This document shows positions 58,728 through 64,000 of a stretch of DNA of 64,000 nucleotides, piece by piece. The translations under genes were made by a program, and so were the position numbers. The notes under the pieces were generated by a model. It saw only the letters and a list, made by a program, of their open reading frames with translations, was not told the origin of the DNA and ran no database searches. Source of the DNA: a bacterium. Lineage in GTDB: Bacteria; Actinomycetota; Coriobacteriia; Coriobacteriales; Eggerthellaceae. The number at the start of each line of letters is the position of its first letter. Position 1 is the first letter of the stretch. The DNA is taken from the NCBI GenBank assembly GCA_963586955.1, contig CAVABR010000048.1:7862-71861 (forward strand). Direction: 5' to 3'.

Positions 58728-61361
58728 CTAAGCAGTTACATCTACCGCACGCTCTGCCTGAACGTTCTTCCATTTGTTAGGACGGAAGAGCAAGTAGAGG
58801 AAGGCAATGAAGAGAATGATTGCAACAACAGTGAATACATTGAAGCCAATTTCGCCCGTGAACAATCCAGCGAACTGGAATATCCACAAAGCAATTACCC
58901 ATGCAGTACCAATCTGGAAGGCAACCTGAGCCCAGAACCATTTCTTGGAATTGTGCTCACGAGCAGCCGCGGTAAGAGCAGCAAAGCAGGGAACTGCGAT
59001 AAGGTTGAATGCCATGAATGCATATCCTGCTGCATAGCCATAGCTTGAAGCAAAGTTCTGATACCAGGTTCCATCAGGAGATGCATACAAGATACCAAGG
59101 GTAGCAACAATGTCTTCTTTTGCAGCAAGACCAGAAAGAGAAGCTGCGGTTGCTTGCCAGTCGCCAAATCCCAGTGGAATGAAAGCCCAAGCAAAGAACG
59201 AACCAATAGCTGCCAAGATTGAATTAGTTTGATCAGCTACTGCGCAGAAGGCTCCATTTTCGAAACCGTAGGTTGAAACAAACCAGATAACGATACAAGC
59301 AAGAAGCAAGATGGTACATGCCTTCTTGATAAATGCCCATGCACGCTCCCAGGTACTGCGCAATACGGTTCCTAGAGTTGGCACGTGATAAGCAGGCAAT
59401 TCCATAATGAACGGAGCTACTTCGCCGGCAAAGAAGCGCGTCTTTTTCAAGATAACACCAGAGCACAAAACCGTTGCAATGCCTAAGAAGTAAGCACTTG
59501 GAGCAACCCACCATGCGCCACCAAAGATTGCGCCAGCAAACAAAGCAATAACAGGAAGCTTAGCGCCACAAGGGATAAAGGTCACGGTCATAACCGTCAT
59601 ACGACGGTCTGCCTGATTCTCAATGGTACGAGACGCCATGATGCCAGGTACGCCACATCCTGAACCAATAAGGAGCGGAATGAACGACTTACCTGAAAGA
59701 CCGAAGCGTCTAAAAACACGGTCAAGAATAAAGGCAACACGCGAAAGATAGCCACAGCTTTCAAGAATTGCAAGCATAAAGAACAGGATGAGCATCTGAG
59801 GAACAAAGCCAAGAACTGAACCAACACCAGCAACGATACCATCAAGGATGAGAGATTTAAGCCAGTCAACACAACCAACACTATCCAAAGCATTTTCAAC
59901 AAGAACAGGAATGCCCGGCACCCAAATACCATACTTATTAGGATCAGGCTGAGTGCCTACCACTTCTTCAGCATACTTAGTAGCATCAACCTGGACAGTT
60001 TCGCCCTTATCATTGGTATACGTAGCAACAACACTGGTGATACCAGAATCTTCAATTGCCTTTTCTACGTCAGCTGCTAAGGTTTTAGATTCAGGATCTA
60101 TGCCAGAAAGGTCAACCTTTTTATCAGCAGCAGCCGCTTCAAAAGCTGCTATTGCTTGCTGATCACCCTTATAAGGAGCAAGTGTCTCTAACGATTCAGC
60201 ATAGGTATCACTATCAACCTTTACGGTTTCGTTCTTGCCGGTTTCATCATCGTATGATTCATAGGTTGCAACAAGATTCTTTGATTTTGCCTGGTCAGCA
60301 AAAGTTTCTGAAGCAGGATCAAGCCCTTTTTCGGTACCAGCAGATTCAAAGGCGGCTACATTGGCCACTGCTTCTTCGTAAGCATCTTTTTCTTCGTCAT
60401 ACTGTTCTTGGCCAGGACCTAAGAACCAGCCATCGCCAAATACACCGTCATTCATCCAATCAGTAACAATAGTTCCTACCGTTGATACTGAAATGAAGTA
60501 AACAAGAAACATTACAACCACGAAAATTGGCAAGGCCAAAAAACGATTAGTTACAACGCGGTCAATCTTGTCGGAGGTGGTTAAACCAGAGTTGTCACCC
60601 CTATTGCGACAATTGTCAATTATGGTGCTAATGAACGTATAACGATCATTAATGATGGCACTTTCGGTGTCGTCATCACAAGCTTTTTCCGCTTTGGCAA
60701 TAACATCCTGAATGTCAGGAGTATTGGTAAGGGAGTCGGAAATCTTTTTATCTTTTTCCAAAAGCTTAACTGCATAAAAACGCTTTAAAGACTCATGAAT
60801 CTCGTCTCCCAAACGGCCTTGTACTTCATTTACCGCCTCCTCAATAGGAGCAGAGAAAGTAATAGGTTTAGGGGTAGCATCTGGATTGACGGCCTTAAGA
60901 CAATTAACAACATCGTCAATGCCTTCATTCTTAAGGGCAGAAATCTCAACCACATTACAACCAAGCTCGCTAGCTAGCTCGTCAATATAAATTTCATCTC
61001 CACGTTTGCGAACAATGTCCATCATATTGACCGCAACTACCACTGGAACACCCATCTCTAAAAGCTGGGTGGTTAGGTAGAGGTTACGTTCAAGATTACT
61101 GCCGTCAACAATGTTTAAAATTGCATCTGGTTTGTCTTCAATGATGAAGTTACGAGCAACAACCTCTTCTAAGGTATAAGGGGAAAGAGAATAGATGCCA
61201 GGAAGGTCAGTAATCTCAATAGACTTATCAGCCTTAAGATGCCCGCCCTTCTTTTCTACCGTAACACCAGGCCAGTTACCACAATATTGGTTTGAACCTG
61301 TTAGAGCATTGAAGAGAGTGGTTTTGCCACAGTTCGGGTTGCCAACTAGTGCAACTCTCAT
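58728..61361 (-). CDS. feoB: Ferrous iron transporter FeoB
   Basis: G motifs GNPNCGKT, GNWPGVTVE, DLPG and NMMD, plus gate motifs GCGVPG and ELPAY. Start at ATG 61361 after GGAGG. Confidence 0.97.
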   Translation of the reverse strand: MRVALVGNPNCGKTTLFNALTGSNQYCGNWPGVTVEKKGGHLKADKSIEITDLPGIYSLSPYTLEEVVARNFIIEDKPDAILNIVDGSNLERNLYLTTQLLEMGVPVVVAVNMMDIVRKRGDEIYIDELASELGCNVVEISALKNEGIDDVVNCLKAVNPDATPKPITFSAPIEEAVNEVQGRLGDEIHESLKRFYAVKLLEKDKKISDSLTNTPDIQDVIAKAEKACDDDTESAIINDRYTFISTIIDNCRNRGDNSGLTTSDKIDRVVTNRFLALPIFVVVMFLVYFISVSTVGTIVTDWMNDGVFGDGWFLGPGQEQYDEEKDAYEEAVANVAAFESAGTEKGLDPASETFADQAKSKNLVATYESYDDETGKNETVKVDSDTYAESLETLAPYKGDQQAIAAFEAAAADKKVDLSGIDPESKTLAADVEKAIEDSGITSVVATYTNDKGETVQVDATKYAEEVVGTQPDPNKYGIWVPGIPVLVENALDSVGCVDWLKSLILDGIVAGVGSVLGFVPQMLILFFMLAILESCGYLSRVAFILDRVFRRFGLSGKSFIPLLIGSGCGVPGIMASRTIENQADRRMTVMTVTFIPCGAKLPVIALFAGAIFGGAWWVAPSAYFLGIATVLCSGVILKKTRFFAGEVAPFIMELPAYHVPTLGTVLRSTWERAWAFIKKACTILLLACIVIWFVSTYGFENGAFCAVADQTNSILAAIGSFFAWAFIPLGFGDWQATAASLSGLAAKEDIVATLGILYASPDGTWYQNFASSYGYAAGYAFMAFNLIAVPCFAALTAAAREHNSKKWFWAQVAFQIGTAWVIALWIFQFAGLFTGEIGFNVFTVVAIILFIAFLYLLFRPNKWKNVQAERAVDVTA

Positions 61362-61378
61362 ATCATCCTCCATTCAGT

Positions 61379-61394
61379 GTTAACTTAAGTTAAC
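61379..61394. promoter_or_regulatory. Perfect 16-bp palindrome upstream of the feoB RBS (candidate operator)
   Basis: GTTAAC-TTAA-GTTAAC. A related site, GTTCAC-TTTG-GTTAAC, lies at 61985-62000. Confidence 0.45.
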
Positions 61395-61447
61395 TCTTCT
61401 TCAAAAACAAGGCTGCGAAAACGCAGCTCTAAAAAATAAAACTCTTA

Positions 61448-61675
61448 CTATTCGCCAGAAACTTCGATAAGTTCAGCATCGCCTTTGCGAATAGAAAGCT
61501 CGTAACCACGAATGGTTACTTCCACAGGATCACCTAAAGGTGCAACTTTGCGGACATATACCGTGCAACCTTTTGTTATACCCATATCCATAATGCGACG
61601 CTTCACGGCGCCTTCGCCGTGAAGCTTGACAACCTGAACTGTTTCACCAGTTTTTACATCACGTAAAGTTTTCAC
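61448..61675 (-). CDS. feoA: FeoA family protein
   Basis: RRIMDMGIT.G...APLGDPVE..IRGYELSIRK. Confidence 0.95.
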   Translation of the reverse strand: MKTLRDVKTGETVQVVKLHGEGAVKRRIMDMGITKGCTVYVRKVAPLGDPVEVTIRGYELSIRKGDAELIEVSGE

Positions 61676-61714
61676 TCTACCCCCTTTCAGTACATAAGAG
61701 ATTGAAGCGAACGT

Positions 61715-61924
61715 TTAAATAACAATGTTTCGAGCTAACTCAGCCGAAAGTGCCACGCGTGAGCCTTTAACGTTTACGATAATATTTCCCGCAATGCGAG
61801 ATACAACCGTAACTCTCTCACCAGAGACAAAACCAAGATTTACTAGATGGCGGTTTAGATCATCTGAACCTTCAAGACGCTTAACGTGGTATACACCATT
61901 TTTCTTTACTTCAGATAAAACCAT
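61715..61924 (-). CDS. feoA: FeoA family protein (second copy)
   Basis: HLVNLGFVSGERVTVV...VKGSRVALS.ELA..I. Confidence 0.9.
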   Translation of the reverse strand: MVLSEVKKNGVYHVKRLEGSDDLNRHLVNLGFVSGERVTVVSRIAGNIIVNVKGSRVALSAELARNIVI

Positions 61925-62101
61925 GTCATCAGCCCCCCATTGTCCTAACCTACCGTATGCTTTGTCATATTATAAGCTATTTTAGTTCACTTTGGTTAAC
62001 TTACGGAGGAAATGTTATCTTTTGGTTACTTTTTGGTCAAGGGCTAAATACTATTTTTTTTGAGCGGAAAAAATAGTTGGGATGAGCGGTAGAACACGAG
62101 C

Positions 62102-62518
62102 TTATTTAACCTGTTCCATGGTCTCACTAAAAAATTGCTCGAGTGCCTCAGGAGTAAGATCTTCCAAAGAAAGAGGAAATCCATATGCACGAGCTAAAGT
62201 TAGTGCTTGGTTTTTTCTCAAGGTGGCACGGGTAGTTTGCTGAGCCTCTTCTAAATACTGCGATTCCAAAAGCAAGGTGCGAGCTACATACTGTATAAGC
62301 AAAGGGTCAGTATTAGAGATTTGAAGCATGGAAACCATTGTGTCGGGATCCATCTTTAAAAGAAGGGTTCCATCAACTTCTGTTGCATTTATGAGGGTAT
62401 TTTCTAGCAGTTCAGCTTTGGCCTCAGGGTCTTCTTTGTCAGCAGATCTAAAGACGTTTTCTCTCATAGCGGCCGCTAAGATCATAAACATTCTGACTAA
62501 ATAATCTTGATGTAGCAT
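62102..62518 (-). CDS. Hypothetical protein (predicted all-helical)
   Basis: 138-aa ORF with a GAGGGGG RBS. No catalytic motif recognised. Confidence 0.7.
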   Translation of the reverse strand: MLHQDYLVRMFMILAAAMRENVFRSADKEDPEAKAELLENTLINATEVDGTLLLKMDPDTMVSMLQISNTDPLLIQYVARTLLLESQYLEEAQQTTRATLRKNQALTLARAYGFPLSLEDLTPEALEQFFSETMEQVK

Positions 62519-62608
62519 ATGTTAATCCCCCTCTAGGAAAAACCATCAACGACAAAACATCTTGATATCAAAGTTGCGAAAACACAACCAACACCAAACC
62601 GTTGTCTG

Positions 62609-62764
62609 TAATTGTTTACAACAACCTATTACTCCTGATTGGCTCTTGAGCGCTTTACAAAAACAACCCGTTCTTCCTAATCGTTTTGCAACAACCCATT
62701 ACTCCTGATCGCTTTACAGCAAGACGTTTTTCTAATCGTTTTACGAAAACCCATTCTTCCTGAC
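62609..62764. repeat. Degenerate non-coding tandem repeat, five units of 27-31 bp
   Basis: Units at 62609, 62651, 62682, 62710 and 62737. Approximate consensus CGYTTTRCAACAACCCRTTMYTCCTRAT. Confidence 0.75.
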
Positions 62765-62923
62765 ATAAACGTAAAACCTTGAAATTTATAAATCTAACTC
62801 AGCGATAAAACCGCAAAACAATGGTTGCCTTATTTGAACCGCCTATTAAAACAATGATAGTCTTGCTTGGATTATCTTGCATAGATTGCGCGCTGAAAAA
62901 TAAACATCGGGCTCAAAACGGAA

Positions 62924-64000
62924 CTATGTCTTATCTGAAGAAACCCTCAACAAGCCAAGATGATCAAAGGCGCGATCTGTTGCCTGTCTACCCTTAGGGG
63001 TTCGTATAAGCAAACCTTGTTGCATAAGATATGGTTCATATACGTCCTCTATAGTTTCAGGATCTTCGGAAAGTGCAGAAGCAAGCGTAGAAAGTCCAAC
63101 CGGCCTACCGCCAAATTGATTGCAAAGCAAACCAAGTATTCGATTATCTACTGAATCAAGCCCCAACGAATCAACTTCATAGAAACTCAAAGCCTGCGCA
63201 GCGCAATCTTCGTCTATAAAGCCATCGCCTCTAACTTGAGCCCAATCACGCACGCGCCTTAAAAGCCTATTCGCCAAACGCGGAGTACCTCTACTCCTTC
63301 GTGCAATTTCAAGAGCACCCTCGTCATCAATCTGCACCTTAAGAATACGAGCAGAACGACGAACGATTTGCGATAGGTCTTCCGCAGAATAATAATCAAG
63401 CCTGAAAGCAACACCGAAACGATCCCGCAAAGGCCCCGTCAGCAAACCGGTACGCGTGGTTGCCCCAATAAGCGTAAAGCGTGGCAAATCAAGACGAATA
63501 GAACGAGCAGCCGGCCCTTTACCAACAACAATATCAAGAACAAAATCTTCCAGGGCGGGATACAGAACTTCTTCAACCATACGGTTTAGACGATGAATCT
63601 CATCGATAAAAAGAACGTCCCCTTCTTCTAAGTTAGTAAGAATTGCCGCTAGATCTCCCGTGCGCTCTATAGCAGGCCCACTCGTTGTCTTTATGTTAGA
63701 GCCAACCTCATTTGCTACCACCGTAGCAAGGGTTGTTTTACCAAGACCCGGAGGCCCTGAAAATAAAATATGATCTATAACATCATGTCGATGCTTGGCC
63801 GCTTGAATAAGGATGGAAAGACTCTCTTTTATCTTTTTTTGGCCAAGATATTCATCAAGACTTAAAGGACGAAGACTTCTATCAAGCACCAAATCTTCTT
63901 CTTGAAGCTCAACTGAGCAATCTCGCTCACGTGGTAGAGAAGAGCGTTGTCCAAAAGATTGCTGATCTGAAGAAGCATCAAATAAAATGTTTTCTATTTC
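62924..64000 (-). CDS. ruvB: Holliday junction branch migration helicase RuvB (5' end beyond the window)
   Basis: Motifs SLRP...[31 protein letters not shown] and EPYL. The frame stays open from 63892 to the window edge. Confidence 0.98.
   Translation of the reverse strand, partial: EIENILFDASSDQQSFGQRSSLPRERDCSVELQEEDLVLDRSLRPLSLDEYLGQKKIKESLSILIQAAKHRHDVIDHILFSGPPGLGKTTLATVVANEVGSNIKTTSGPAIERTGDLAAILTNLEEGDVLFIDEIHRLNRMVEEVLYPALEDFVLDIVVGKGPAARSIRLDLPRFTLIGATTRTGLLTGPLRDRFGVAFRLDYYSAEDLSQIVRRSARILKVQIDDEGALEIARRSRGTPRLANRLLRRVRDWAQVRGDGFIDEDCAAQALSFYEVDSLGLDSVDNRILGLLCNQFGGRPVGLSTLASALSEDPETIEDVYEPYLMQQGLLIRTPKGRQATDRAFDHLGLLRVSSDKT

Noticed and set aside
62609..62764. Repeat array as a CRISPR locus
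   Set aside because: The units abut with no unique spacers and are heterogeneous, and no cas genes are in the window. Kept only as a tandem repeat.

Overview
A gene-dense chromosomal core segment, mostly on the minus strand, from an AT-leaning bacterium. RpoB/RpoC, Rel, Ask and CwlM-like sequences look actinobacterial, and the most likely source is class Coriobacteriia (inference, not a database hit). In order the window holds: the leuC 5' end, an MprF-like membrane protein, a nitroreductase, a J-domain protein, srtB-purF-purM-purN-purH, a polyphosphate cluster (ppk2/pap divergent from ppx-ppk1), ask-asd, recJ-rel, glmU-prs-pth, tRNA-Leu(TAA), ftsB-ppx, yebC, glmM, hisE, an MtaD-like deaminase, rpoBC, eamA/lysR, an alanine/glycine symporter, secDF, tgt, a queH-queA fusion, an NYN protein, the feo operon and ruvB. 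I saw no transposase, integrase, phage gene, CRISPR array or rRNA. The novelty is in altered architectures of housekeeping proteins. The strongest case is an RNA polymerase beta-prime with a C-terminal domain that aligns without gaps to the alpha-subunit CTD and keeps most of its DNA-binding residues. Others are a PPK1 with a ~200-aa disordered tail ending in a MinD-like amphipathic helix, a QueH-QueA fusion, a RecJ-SF2 helicase fusion, a sortase B with Q/N/Y/G repeats coupled to purF, and a FeoB with a duplicated extracellular loop. Several unexplained non-coding repeats and candidate operators are also listed. All homology calls come from motif recognition by eye, and no searches were run.
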